From an uncultured Planctomycetota bacterium (GTDB lineage: Bacteria; Planctomycetota; Planctomycetia; Gemmatales; Gemmataceae): a stretch of 64,000 bases of DNA. The DNA lies in contig CAWKHF010000009.1 in assembly GCA_963849325.1 (NCBI GenBank), forward strand, positions 384,001 through 448,000. The letters are read 5' to 3'. Numbering within the stretch: the stretch's first letter is position 1; the number at the start of each line of letters is the position of its first letter. Of the stretch, positions 9,309 through 22,271 are shown one piece after another. Both the position numbers and the translations under genes were made by a program. The notes below the pieces were generated by a model that was given only the letters and a program-made list of their open reading frames with translations, had not been told where the DNA came from and made no database searches.

Positions 9309-12064
9309 ATGTCTCTATTCGGGTGGGGAAGGAGCCGGACGGCCGCGCGGAAGCCGGCGCGGACGGTGCGGCCGCAGCTGGAAGCGCTGGAGGATCGCAC
9401 CGTGCCCGCAGTCTTCAACGTGGGGGCGGGCGATGTCACGACCCTGATCGCGGACATTGCGCAGGCCAACAGCAACGGCCAGAGCAATACCATCAACCTC
9501 ACCGACAGCACCTACAACCTGACCGCTGTCAACAATTCCTGGTACGGGCCGAATGGTCTGCCTGCCATCACAAGCAACCTCACCATCAACGGCAACGGCG
9601 CCGTCATCGAACGCGATCCATCGCTGGGTAATACAACGCCTTTCCGTCTCTTTTATGTCTCTGGAGACTTGTCGTCTGGTTCGGAGGCAGGCAACTTGAC
9701 GCTGGAGAACGTGACGCTGGCGGGCGGGTTGGCCGAGGGGGGCAGCAGTGATACGGGCGGCGGCGGCCTCGGTGCGGGCGGGGCCATCTTCAACCAGGGC
9801 CAGCTGACACTCAACGGCGTGTCGGTGACGCAGAACGTGGCGATGGGCGGCAGCAGCGGCACGGGCAGCAGCGGTGGAGGCGGCGGCATCGGCCAGGATG
9901 CGCAGGGAGATAATGGCGGAGGCTTTGGGGCGATTGTCACGGGCGGCGGCACGGGCGGCAGCGGTTCGGCCACGACCAGCGGCGGCAGCGGCGGAGGCGG
10001 CTTCAGTCAGAACGGCCAGAACGCGGCCAGCAATGTCGGAGCGGCGGGCGGCGGCAGCAGCGGCCTAGGCGGCGCGGGCGGCAATAGCTCCGATGGCGGA
10101 GGCGATGGCGGAGGCGGAGGCGGAGGCGGAGCCACGGGCGCGGGCGGCGTCGGCGGCAGCTTCGGCGCGGGCGGCGCGGGTTCGAGCACCGGCGGCGGCG
10201 GCGGGGGTGGGGTCGGCGGCGGTGGCGGCGACGGCACCGGCAATGCCGCGGCGGGAGGCGCCACCAGCGGCGGCGGCGGCGGCTTCGGCGGCGGCGGCGG
10301 TGGCGGCAGCTTCGTGGGCGGCGGCGGCGGCTTCGGCGGCGGCGGCGGAGCCAGCCTCGGCGGCACGGCCGGGACCGGAGGCTTCGGCGCCGGCAACGGC
10401 AATGGCACCGTCGGCGGCGGCGGTGCCGGACTCGGCGGCGCCATCTTCAACATGTATGGGACTACCACCCTCATCAACAGCACGCTCGCCGCCAACCTCG
10501 CTCAGGGCGGCAGCGCCGCCGCCGGCGCCGGCAACGGCTCTGGCTACGGCGGCGCCATCTTCAACCTCAACGGCACCGTCAACCTCACCATGAGCACTCT
10601 CGCCAGCAACGAGACCCTCGGCAGCGCCGCCGGCGCCACGACCGGCGGCGGCGCCGTCTACAACCTCTTCCTCGGCACCTCGCCGACCGGCCAGCCCACG
10701 CAGGCCGTCGTCAACCTCACCGACAGCATTCTGGCCGACTCGATCGGCGGCAGCGACCTGGTCAACGACCAGAACAATGCCAGCGGCACCCTGGCCGTGG
10801 TCAACGCCACGGCGCCCAACATCGTCATGGCGACGAACACCCTCAACGGGGCCACGACTAACGGCACGCCCATCACGGCCAACCCTCTCGTCGGCCTGCT
10901 CGGTTACTATGGCGGACCGACGCCGACGATGGCCCTCTTGCCCGGAAGTCCCGCCCTGGCGGCCGGCACCAGCGGCACGAACATTCCTCCCACCGACCAA
11001 CGCGGCCAGCCACGCGGCAATGCCATCGATCTGGGTGCGTTCCAGCAGACCTCCGCCACGTCCACGCCGACACCGACTCCGACACCCACGCCCACGCCCA
11101 CCTCAACCACGGCCACCACGACGACGCTCGCCTCCACCACTTCCCTTACCGCATCCGGCGGGCTGAATGTTACCTTGATGGCGATCGTGACGGCCAGCCC
11201 CGGCACCACGCCTACGGGTTCGGTCCAGTTCGTGGACACGACCACCGGCACGACCCTGGGCAGCGCCAACCTGATGGTCGTCAACGGCAAGTATCAGGCG
11301 AGCTTGACGACGTCCTTCAACTCCGCGCCCACAACATTACCGCCACGTACCAGAGCACGAACGGACTCACCTCCAGCAGCGGCAGCACGACGGTCAGCTC
11401 GGATGCGACGAATCAGGCCTCGAACCAGGCATGGCTGCAACAGGTCTACCAGCAGCTGCTCGGCCGCGCCGTCGATCCGTCCGGCCAGACCTTCTGGACC
11501 GGCCTGCTCAACAGCGGCACCTCGCGCGGCGAGGTGGCGTACCTGATCGCCTCGAGCACGGAGTATCGCGCCGACGAGATCGAGTCCGCCTTCCAGACGC
11601 TCTTGCACCGCGCCGCCGACGCGCCCAGCCTCACGTACTTCCTCAACATCATGTCCCAGGGTGCGTCGCTCCAGCAGATCGACGCCCTCATCGCCGGCTC
11701 CGATGAGTATTACCAGAACCGCGCCAGCGAGTCCGATCCCCAGTTCCTCGCCGCCGTCTATCAGGACTTCCTGCATCGCAATCTCGATCCGAGCGGTTTG
11801 CAGCAGTGGCAGCAAGCCCTGACGAGCGGCCAGAGCCGCACGCAAGTCGTCATGGACATCCTGAGCACCGCGGAATACCAGTCGGATTTGGTGCAGAATG
11901 ACTATCAGACGTACCTGAACCGTAACGCCGATCCCACGAGCCTTAATTCGTTCGTCACCTACCTGACGCAGGGCGGCAGCAACGACGCCGTGGTGGCGGC
12001 CCTGCTGGGATCGCAGGAGTATTTGAACAATGCTCTGGCTTCCTCGACGGCGTCCACGACTTGA
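9309..12064 (+). CDS. Gly-rich extracellular/surface protein (planctomycete extracellular motif, choice-of-anchor Q, PT linker, Ig-like, DUF4214-like); frameshift near 11330
   Basis: 'RPQLEALEDRTVPA', long GGxGG tract, 'ALLPGSPALAAG..TDQRG..DLGAF', TPTPTP, 'YQ.LL.R..D..G..W' repeats. Confidence 0.82.
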
Positions 12065-12073
12065 CAGCTTATC

Positions 12074-12127
12074 GGAGCCTGCAGCGTTAGCGAGAACAGA
12101 ACTTCCCTCGCTGACGCTGCGGGTTCC
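12074..12127. repeat. Palindromic REP-like element, family D
   Basis: GGAGCCTGCAGCGTTAGCGAG..CTCGCTGACGCTGCGGGTTCC; related to 43551 and 46019. Confidence 0.8.
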
Positions 12128-12207
12128 AAGGTCATATCATATCCCTCTAGCGATCTTTGTTTCGGCGCGAGCGGTCCCTGCAGACATCCCTCCTGAACGA
12201 GACCCCC

Positions 12208-14795
12208 ATGATGTGGCGTTGGTGTGTTTCGCTCGCCTCTCCGTTCGTCGTCCTTCTGGCCGGCGCCGTTCTCTTTTTGCGAGCCGACGAACAAGACCAG
12301 CTCAAGGTCGGGGTCCAGCCGGACGGGCGCATTGTGGTGCCGACCAACCAAATCCTTAAGCCGGCCGGCCGACAGATCACGTTCCCCGGCCGGCCGGTCG
12401 ATCTGGTCCTGACCGGCGACGGCCGCACGTTGGTCGTCAAGAACCAGCGCGACTTGATTTTCCTCGACGTGGCGACGGCCGCCATCCAGCAGACGCTCAA
12501 GTCGCCGACCGGCTTCAGTGCGGTCGGGCTGCTACTGCGCGACGGCGACGTGTACGTCAGCGATTCCGGCGATCGCGTCCGCGTGGCCCGGCGCCAGAAG
12601 GATGGTCGATTCACCTGGCTACCGTCCCTCGAACCGAGCAAGCCGAAAGGCGGAGGGTCCGTTTACCCGACCGGCCTGTGCCTCGGCGCCGACGGCCAAC
12701 TGTGGGTCGCCTCCAGCCGCGGCAACAACGTGCAGCTTCTCGACCTGGACGGCGCGACGGTGAAGCAAACCGTGCCGGTGGGCGTCGCTCCCTACGCGAT
12801 TTGCCGCCCGCGTCCGGAGCGCGTCTACGTCAGCAACTGGGGCGGCGATCCGCCGGGCGAAAAGCGAACTGCACGCGCCGTCGTCCGGCACGCCGGTTCG
12901 CATCGATCCTGCGCGGCGTCGCCAATCACGGCACCGTCTCCGTGCTCGAATCGGCGTCCGGACAATGGCGGCTGCGCAAGTCGATCCGCGTCGGTCTGCA
13001 TCCGAGCGGCCTGATCGCCAGCCGCGACGGCCGTCTGGTCTACGTCGCCAACGCCAACAGCGATACCGTCTCGGTCATCGATACGGGCACCGAAGAAGTC
13101 ATCGAGACGATCTCCTGCCGTCCCGAGGCGCGTCTGCCGTTCGGCAGCGGCGCCAACGCCCTGGCCCTCAGCCCCGACGGCGGCACCCTCTACGTCGCCA
13201 ACGGCACCAACAACTGCCTCGCCGTCGTTCGGCTCGAGCGCCGCGCTTCCACGGGCGGGACCGGCCGGCCGGCCCGCAGCGCCGTGGCGGGCCTGATCCC
13301 GACCGGCTGGTATCCCGGCGCCGTCCTCGTCTCGCCGGACGGCAAGAAACTGTTCGTCGCCAACGTCAAGGGTCACGGTTCCCTGAGCCAGCCGCGACCG
13401 GCCGACAAGGGCAAGAACTCGCACGATCATCTCGGTTCCGTGTCGATCCTCGACGTGCCCGACGACGCGCAGCTGGCCCGTTACACGGAAGAGGTCAACG
13501 CCAACAACCGCCTGGCGTACAGCCTGGCCGGCCTGGAAAAGCCGCGACCCGGCGCCGCGCCGGTGCCGGTGCCTCGCCGCCACGGCGAACCCTCGCTCTT
13601 CAAGCACGTTCTCTACGTCATCAAGGAGAACCGTACCTACGATCAGGTGTTCGGCGACATGAAGGAGGGCGACGGCGACGCCCGACTGGTCCTGTTCGGC
13701 GAAGAGGTGACGCCCAATCACCACGCCCTGGCTCGGCAGTTCACGCTGTTCGACAACTTCTATTGCAGCGGCGTCCTCAGCGCCGACGGCCATCAGTGGG
13801 TCAACGAAGCCTACGTCACCGATTACCTGGAAAAATCGTTCGGCGGCTTCACGCGCAGCTATCCCTACGAAGGCAGCGATCCCCTCGCCTTCGCCTCCAG
13901 CGGCTTCCTCTGGGACAACGCCCTGCTGCACCGCAAGACTTTCCGCAACTACGGCGAATTCGTCAAAACAACGCTGCCCGAAGGGCGCGACCTGGACCGA
14001 CGTGTACCGCGATTACCAGGGCCAGACCGGCGACGTGAAAATCACGATCAAGGCCAACGTCGCCGCCCTGGCGCCGTTCACGCGCTCCGGCTATCCGGGC
14101 TTTCCGCTCACGGTGCCGGACGTGTACCGGGCGCAGCCTGTTCCTCGAAGATCTGAAAGAGTACGAGCGAAAAGGCGAATTACCGAATCTGCTGTATCTC
14201 TATTTGCCTTGCGATCACACCAGCGGCACCACGCCGAACCTGCCGACGCCGGCGGCCATCGGTGGCCGACAACGACCTGGCCCTGGGGCAAGTGGTGGAA
14301 GCGGTCAGCAAAAGTCGATTCTGGAAGGACACGTGCATCTTCGTGGTCGAGGACGATCCGCAGAACGGCTTCGACCACATCGACGCTCACCGCACCGTCG
14401 CCCTGGTCATCAGCCCGTACACCCGGCGCAAGTACGTCGATCACACCAATTACAACCAGACCGGCATGGTCAAGACCATCGAGCTGATCCTCGGCCTGCC
14501 GCCGATGAACCAGCTCGACCTGTCCGCCACGCCGATGCGGCGCTGTTTCCAGGACGCGCCCGACCTGACGCCCTACCGGTGCCGGCCCAATCGCGTACCG
14601 CTGGACCAGATGAATCCGCCCTTGAAGAAGCTGAAGGGACAGGCCCGGCACTGGGCGGAGAAGTCGCTGGCCCTGGATCTCGACGACGCGGACCAGGCCG
14701 AGGAGGACACGCTCAATCGCATCCTGTGGCACGCCATGCGCGGCGACGCAGCGCCTTACCCCGAGAGGTACGCCGGCCGAAAGCCGGCGCCGTGA
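12208..14795 (+). CDS. Secreted YVTN/YncE beta-propeller fused to a phosphoesterase/alkaline-phosphatase-like domain; several frameshifts
   Basis: Signal peptide, 'YVANANSDTVSVIDT' repeats, 'YVIKENRTYDQVFGD', 'EDDPQNGFDH'. Confidence 0.85.
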
Positions 14796-14889
14796 CGGCT
14801 GCGCTTCCCGCACGGATGAAAGTAAGGTATAAAGGAAGAGTTAGGGCGGTGCGATCCACCCGCTATTTCGGATCGTGTCTGGAGTCCTC

Positions 14890-15372
14890 ATGCGTGCCCA
14901 GTTGCTGCCTCTGGACGGCGGCGCCCCGATCGAGATCACCAAGGACATGGTCGTGATCGGCCGTAAGGAAGACTGCGACGTGCGCCTGGAGCACAAGAGC
15001 GTCTCGAAGATGCATTGTGTGCTCGTCAAGACCGATGGCTTGCTGCTGCTGCGCGACCTGGGCAGCACCAACGGCACCCGTGTCAACGGCACGCGCGTCC
15101 GCCGCGCCGCCCTGCTGCCCAACGATCAACTCAGCATCGCCCACTACAGGTTCCGCGTCTTCCTCGGCCCCGACGCGGCGGAGGAACCTCCCGCCGACGA
15201 GCATACCCAGCACCTCAATTCCTTCGAGGTCGCCGACATGCTGCGGCAGGCCCGTCATCGTCAGGACAAGGACGGCGACAGCGATGAGGCGGACAAGCCC
15301 GGCGGCGAGTTGTTGCAGCGCAACCAACTGCCCGACGTCTATCCCGACGAGCCTTCCAGTTCCGCCGACTGA
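14890..15372 (+). CDS. FHA-domain protein
   Basis: 'IGR..DCD', 'SVSKMHC', 'DLGSTNGTRVNG'. Confidence 0.92.
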   Translation: MRAQLLPLDGGAPIEITKDMVVIGRKEDCDVRLEHKSVSKMHCVLVKTDGLLLLRDLGSTNGTRVNGTRVRRAALLPNDQLSIAHYRFRVFLGPDAAEEPPADEHTQHLNSFEVADMLRQARHRQDKDGDSDEADKPGGELLQRNQLPDVYPDEPSSSAD

Positions 15373-15416
15373 TCCACATGACCGTTTCCAACCCGGCGAG
15401 CGGCCGCATTCCTCTC

Positions 15417-15483
15417 CGTTTAGCCGCGACGCGCAGCGGAGCGCGGGAGCATCCCGCGCTCCGCTGCGCGTCGCGGCTAAACG
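15417..15483. repeat. Palindromic REP-like element, family B
   Basis: Arms nearly identical to 3488-3552. Confidence 0.92.
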
Positions 15484-15507
15484 AGATGTCATCAGCGAGC
15501 ACGTGTC

Positions 15508-15816
15508 TCAGAACGGGATGTCGTCCGTGGGTGCCGGCGCAGGCGCGGGGGAGCCGGACGCCTGGGCGCGGGCGTAGTCCTCGCTGACGCGCATGAGCCG
15601 CATGCGGCGCAGGTCGAGGATGGCCGGCCGCGCCTCGGCGTCGTTGAGCGGCTGGACCACCAGATAGGGCAGGTTGATCGCCTCGATGCGCAGGGCGACG
15701 CCCATGCCCCATTCGCGCCGATCGCGCCAGTGATAGATGGTGACCAGCTGCCCCCGCTGCAGGTCGTCCGCGGCCAGGAGCAGACCATTCCGCCGGCGAT
15801 CCTTTTTCACGATCAT
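15508..15816 (-). CDS. Small hypothetical protein ending in an SSB-like DDIPF tail
   Basis: Open frame with GC-rich codon pattern; C-terminus 'APAPAPTDDIPF*'. Confidence 0.6.
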   Translation of the reverse strand: MIVKKDRRRNGLLLAADDLQRGQLVTIYHWRDRREWGMGVALRIEAINLPYLVVQPLNDAEARPAILDLRRMRLMRVSEDYARAQASGSPAPAPAPTDDIPF

Positions 15817-15986
15817 CCCCCTTCCCACACTGGAGCCGAATCTCGCTGCGGAAGTATTACCGATGGACCTCCCATCATACTATCAATCCGGTCCCGTGTG
15901 CGAACGGAAAAGGGAAAAAAAGACTTCGCCCGGCGCCGATGACGCCGGACGGCCGGGGGGCCTTACACGAATTGGATCGAGGAGGT

Positions 15987-18276
<2,290 letters not shown>

Positions 18277-18298
18277 GGCTCACCTCGCCAGCGGGATC

Positions 18299-18891
18299 TC
18301 AACCCTCGTGGATGTGCTGAATCTGTTCGCGGATGCGAGCCAGGACGCGGCTGCGGGCGATGTAGACGGCCCCGACGGACAGTCCCAGCTCGGCGGCGAC
18401 GTCGCGCACGTCGCGGTGCTCGACGGCCGTCTGCCAGAATGCCTGCCAGGTGAGGGGGCGGAACGAGGATCGGACTTTCTCGGCCGCCCAGTCGAAGAGT
18501 CGCTGATGATACTCCCGGTCCCAGCACGCGACCTCCTCGGCGGGGGCCGGCTGCTCTTCGAGCACGCGCTGCCCTTCGTCGCTGCCGCTGCCGGTCGGCC
18601 GGCGCTTCTCGGCGTTGACCCACTTACGGACCTGGTTGCGCGCGACGGTAAGCAACCAACCGCGGAACGACCCGCGCGCCGGATCGTACTCGAAGTGGGG
18701 CCGCAGCGCACCATGGTCTTGAGGACCTCCTGGGTCAAGTCGGCGGCGTCGGCGTCCTGGATGCCGTGACGGCGGGCCAGCCCGTACACCAGCGGCGCGT
18801 AGATTTCGACGAACTGGTTCCACGCTTCCGCATCCTGGTTGTCGCGGATGCGGACGAGCAGGGTGACTCGCGTTGTTGGAGAGTCGGCCAT
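18299..18891 (-). CDS. ECF sigma-70 factor paired with the kinase; frameshift near 18712
   Basis: 'TRVTLLVRIRD..AWNQF', 'DAADLTQEV', 'SFRGWL', 'GAVYIARSRVL'. Confidence 0.9.
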
Positions 18892-19064
18892 GCCTGCGTC
18901 CCTCGGCGAAGGAATTCGTCTCCTACTAGCCCGGAGCGCTAGCGACGGGTTGTAGGGTACGAAGTCTCCATGAGGCAGCGTTCGACTCCCTAGTGTAAGA
19001 CATGGTGTCTGAAATGTCAACCGACTGATATGCTCATCTTCAGCACAACGCCGCGTGTTGACCG

Positions 19065-19316
19065 TCATGGCACCGCTTCAAGGTATTCGACCTCGGGCAC
19101 ACGGCGGCGCAGCTCGTCCTCGATCCCCATGACAACGGCATGCACGGTACTGGGACAGCAACCGCACAGGCCGTTCAGGCGCACCTGCACCACGCCGTCC
19201 TCGACCGTCAACACCTCAATGGTGCCGCCATCCATCTGCAACAGCGGGGCAACCTCCTCGGCCACGACCCGCGCCACGCGCTCGCGCAGAACGCCATCCT
19301 CGATCGATCCGGACAT
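19065..19316 (-). CDS. NifU-like Fe-S scaffold/carrier protein
   Basis: 'PLLQMDGG..E', 'GLCGCCPS', 'GIE..L'. Confidence 0.85.
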   Translation of the reverse strand: MSGSIEDGVLRERVARVVAEEVAPLLQMDGGTIEVLTVEDGVVQVRLNGLCGCCPSTVHAVVMGIEDELRRRVPEVEYLEAVP

Positions 19317-19379
19317 GCTCGCACCTCGCCCAACCACGGAGATTTCCTCGCACTCCGCCGTCATTGTAGCAGCGGCGCC

Positions 19380-21812
19380 TCAATCCGCGACGAGGCAGGG
19401 GGCAGGACGGTCGAGGACCTCGCGTACCTTCTCCGCCAAGGCAGAGGGAGTGAAGGGCTTGGACAGGCATTCGACCTCACCGGACACGATGCCGTGCCGG
19501 AACAGGGCGCTGTCGGTGAAACCGGACATGAAGAGAACCTTGAGGTCGGCTCGCTGAGCGACCAGGTGTTCGGCCAGGACGTTGCCGCCCATCTTCGGCA
19601 TAACCACGTCGCTGAGCAGCAGGTGAATACGCCCCGCGTGGCGGCGGCTGACTTCCATGCCTTCCTCGCCGTTGGACGCCTCCAGGATGTGATAACCGCG
19701 TTGCCGCAGCGTATGGCAAACCAGGGCGCGCAGCCCGTCTTCGTCCTCGACGACCAGCAGCGTTTCCACGCCGCCTGGTGGGACCGCCGCGCCGGCTGGC
19801 GTGCCCGGCTCGATGGCCGGCTCTTGTTGCCAGCAGGGCAGGTAAATGCGAAAGGTGGTGCCCCGGCCCAATTCGCTGGCGACCTCGATGTGGCCGCTGG
19901 ACTGCTTGACAATGCCGAAGATCGTCGCCAACCCCAGTCCGGTCCCCTTGCCCTGGCCCTTGGTCGTGAAAAACGGCTCGAAGAGATGACCCATCACTTC
20001 GCGGTCCATGCCGCAGCCGGTATCGCTCACCTCCAGGCGAACGAAGGCGCCCGGCAACACGTCGGGATTGTTCCGTAGGGCGGCGGCGTCCAGCTCGACG
20101 TTGGCGGTGGCGATGCGCAGGCGGCCGCCGCGCGGCATGGCGTCGCGCGCGTTGGCCGCCAGGTTCATCAGCACTTGCTCGACCTGGTTCTGGTCCGCCT
20201 TGACCCGATGCAGGTCGTGGCCGAGGGACAGGGCCAACTCAACGTCTTCGCCGAGGAGAGGGCGGAGCATCTTTTCCAGGTCGGCGAGCAGGGCGTTGAG
20301 GTCCAGCGGGCGCGGCACCAGCATCTGTTTACGGCTGAAGGCCAGTAGCTGCTGAGTGAGTGCCGTGGCCCGCTCGGCCGCCTTGGCGACCTCGCCGACG
20401 AAGTCGCGCAGCGGCTCGTCGGCCGGCAAACCCTCCGCCACCAGCGTGTTGTAGCCGGTGATGATGCACAGCAGATTGTTGAAGTCGTGGGCGATGCCGC
20501 CGGCCAGCCGGCCGACCGCCTCCATCTTCTGTGCCTGCCGCAACTGCCCTTCCAGGCGCTGGCGCTCTCTCATGTCGCGGGCGATGATCGAGAGAAACTC
20601 GAAGGCGCCCGCCGGCGACTTGTGGGCGAGCATGACCTGCGACACGGTGATTTCCGTGCCGGCCCGACTGAGGAGCGCCATTTCGCCGCTCCAGGTGCCG
20701 TCGCCAACCGCCCGCGCCACCGACTCGTCGAGGACGCGACTCAAGGCGGGCGGGTAGAAATCGCCCAACCGGCACGCGGATACGTCCTCCTCCGAACCGA
20801 TGCCGAGCAAGGTCCGTCCAGCCCGATTGAGGTACAGCAAGCGACGGTCGGGGCCCGTCATGGCGACGACGTCCGTGGTCGCTTCCAGGACGGCGACGAG
20901 GCGAGCCTGCGCTTCCTTGGCTTGTTTGCGTTCGGTCACGTCCACCAGAATGCCGATGGTGCCCGTGATGCGCTTCTCCGCGTTGCGCAGCGGATCGACG
21001 CGCACCTGGAACGTCCGTTCCTTCCACTCCATTTCGTAGCTGAGCGCTTCGCCGCGTAGCGCCTTCAAGTGGGCGCTGATCGGCGTACACTCAGGCCGAT
21101 CGCGTTCCAGGCATTCCAACATGCTCATGCCGATGACATCCTTGGCCTGGAGATTGACGGCGGCGAGTCCGGCCCCGACCGTGGACGTGATTTGCAGTCG
21201 GGTGTCGGTCGTCCACAGGATCGCCGGCATCTGCTCGACGACCAGGCGCAGGTACGTCTCGCGCGTGCTCAGCGTCTCGCGTGCCTTGCGGGTTGGCGTG
21301 ACGTTGCGCAGGACCAGCGTGGCCCCGGCCGCCTTCGAGCCGGCGGGGGAGGGTCGGATGCTCACTTCGAGGTGGATGTCGCCGCCGTCCTTGCGCCTGC
21401 CCAGGCATTCCTGGCCCGATTCCGGCAGTCCCCTGGGAAGCACGGTGTCCAGCGATTGACCAATCAGCTCCGCCGGTTCATGACCGAACAGCCGGCCCAT
21501 CGGCCCGTTGACGGCGACGATGTGCCGCCGCTCATCCACGACGACGACGCCCTCGGCGACATCTTCCAGCACGCCCCGGCCGTGCTCGGCGATTTGCTGC
21601 ATTCGCCGCATCTGCCGCCCGAGAACGGCCACGATGGCGAGGACGCCCAACAGCGAACCGAGACCCACGAAGTCCACGATTCGGAAGAAGGGCACAACCT
21701 CCAGGCGGAGAATGTCGCCGTCGAGCCAGCCGGTTTGAGCGAACCAATTGCCGGCCAAGAAAACCGCACAGAGAACGCCCAGGGGACGAAGGACAACACG
21801 GCCGGCATCCAT
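19380..21812 (-). CDS. PAS-domain hybrid sensor histidine kinase / receiver
   Basis: Three PAS-like segments, 'AGGIAHDFNN', 'FFTTK..GTGLGL', C-terminal REC 'LLSDVVMP'. Confidence 0.93.
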   Translation of the reverse strand: MDAGRVVLRPLGVLCAVFLAGNWFAQTGWLDGDILRLEVVPFFRIVDFVGLGSLLGVLAIVAVLGRQMRRMQQIAEHGRGVLEDVAEGVVVVDERRHIVAVNGPMGRLFGHEPAELIGQSLDTVLPRGLPESGQECLGRRKDGGDIHLEVSIRPSPAGSKAAGATLVLRNVTPTRKARETLSTRETYLRLVVEQMPAILWTTDTRLQITSTVGAGLAAVNLQAKDVIGMSMLECLERDRPECTPISAHLKALRGEALSYEMEWKERTFQVRVDPLRNAEKRITGTIGILVDVTERKQAKEAQARLVAVLEATTDVVAMTGPDRRLLYLNRAGRTLLGIGSEEDVSACRLGDFYPPALSRVLDESVARAVGDGTWSGEMALLSRAGTEITVSQVMLAHKSPAGAFEFLSIIARDMRERQRLEGQLRQAQKMEAVGRLAGGIAHDFNNLLCIITGYNTLVAEGLPADEPLRDFVGEVAKAAERATALTQQLLAFSRKQMLVPRPLDLNALLADLEKMLRPLLGEDVELALSLGHDLHRVKADQNQVEQVLMNLAANARDAMPRGGRLRIATANVELDAAALRNNPDVLPGAFVRLEVSDTGCGMDREVMGHLFEPFFTTKGQGKGTGLGLATIFGIVKQSSGHIEVASELGRGTTFRIYLPCWQQEPAIEPGTPAGAAVPPGGVETLLVVEDEDGLRALVCHTLRQRGYHILEASNGEEGMEVSRRHAGRIHLLLSDVVMPKMGGNVLAEHLVAQRADLKVLFMSGFTDSALFRHGIVSGEVECLSKPFTPSALAEKVREVLDRPAPCLVAD

Positions 21813-22035
21813 CGCGGACCTCCGAACCTTGTTCTCGATACCAAATCCATCCCTGGGGAAACGGTCCCAGAACGAGAGCGATACCTTCTCTCCCTCGGGG
21901 AGCGAGGAGGGTCAAACAAGCATAGGTGATAAAGTGTGCCGAGGCGGGCCCGTTCCGTTGCGTGAACGGGCGCACAGTCCAGCAGCGACGATTTTTTTTC
22001 AAGATGTGGAGTTGGACCTAGAATAACGATACAGT

Positions 22036-22180
22036 GCAGCCGAATCTCACGCTTCTCGGCGTGAGAACGGGGGAACCATCAGGTCGGCGAGGGCCGGCCT
22101 TCGGGGCGTAGACCGACTCGTGTGGGTCAGGATACTTTCCATCCCAGCCCGTCAGCTAACCTCGTAGGCAGCCTGGAAGC
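22036..22180 (+). ncRNA. c-di-AMP (ydaO/yuaA) riboswitch
   Basis: Conserved blocks in order: GCCGAATC, ACGGGGGAACC, GGGG, ATCCC..CCCGTCAGCTAACCTCGTAGGC. P2 is CTCACGC/GCGTGAG and the pseudoknot is TTCCA/TGGAA. Ends about 90 nt before the ATG at 22272. Confidence 0.9.
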
Positions 22181-22271
22181 GTTTTCCGGGCCTATGTGAA
22201 AGGCACACCCGTCTCGCTTTCCGGACGAAGAGCCTGCTCCTTATACCGGCATAGTCGCCACAGGTGTCACC

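Noticed and set aside
11061-11105. PT-repeat as a contingency locus
   Set aside because: The codons are degenerate; an ordinary linker
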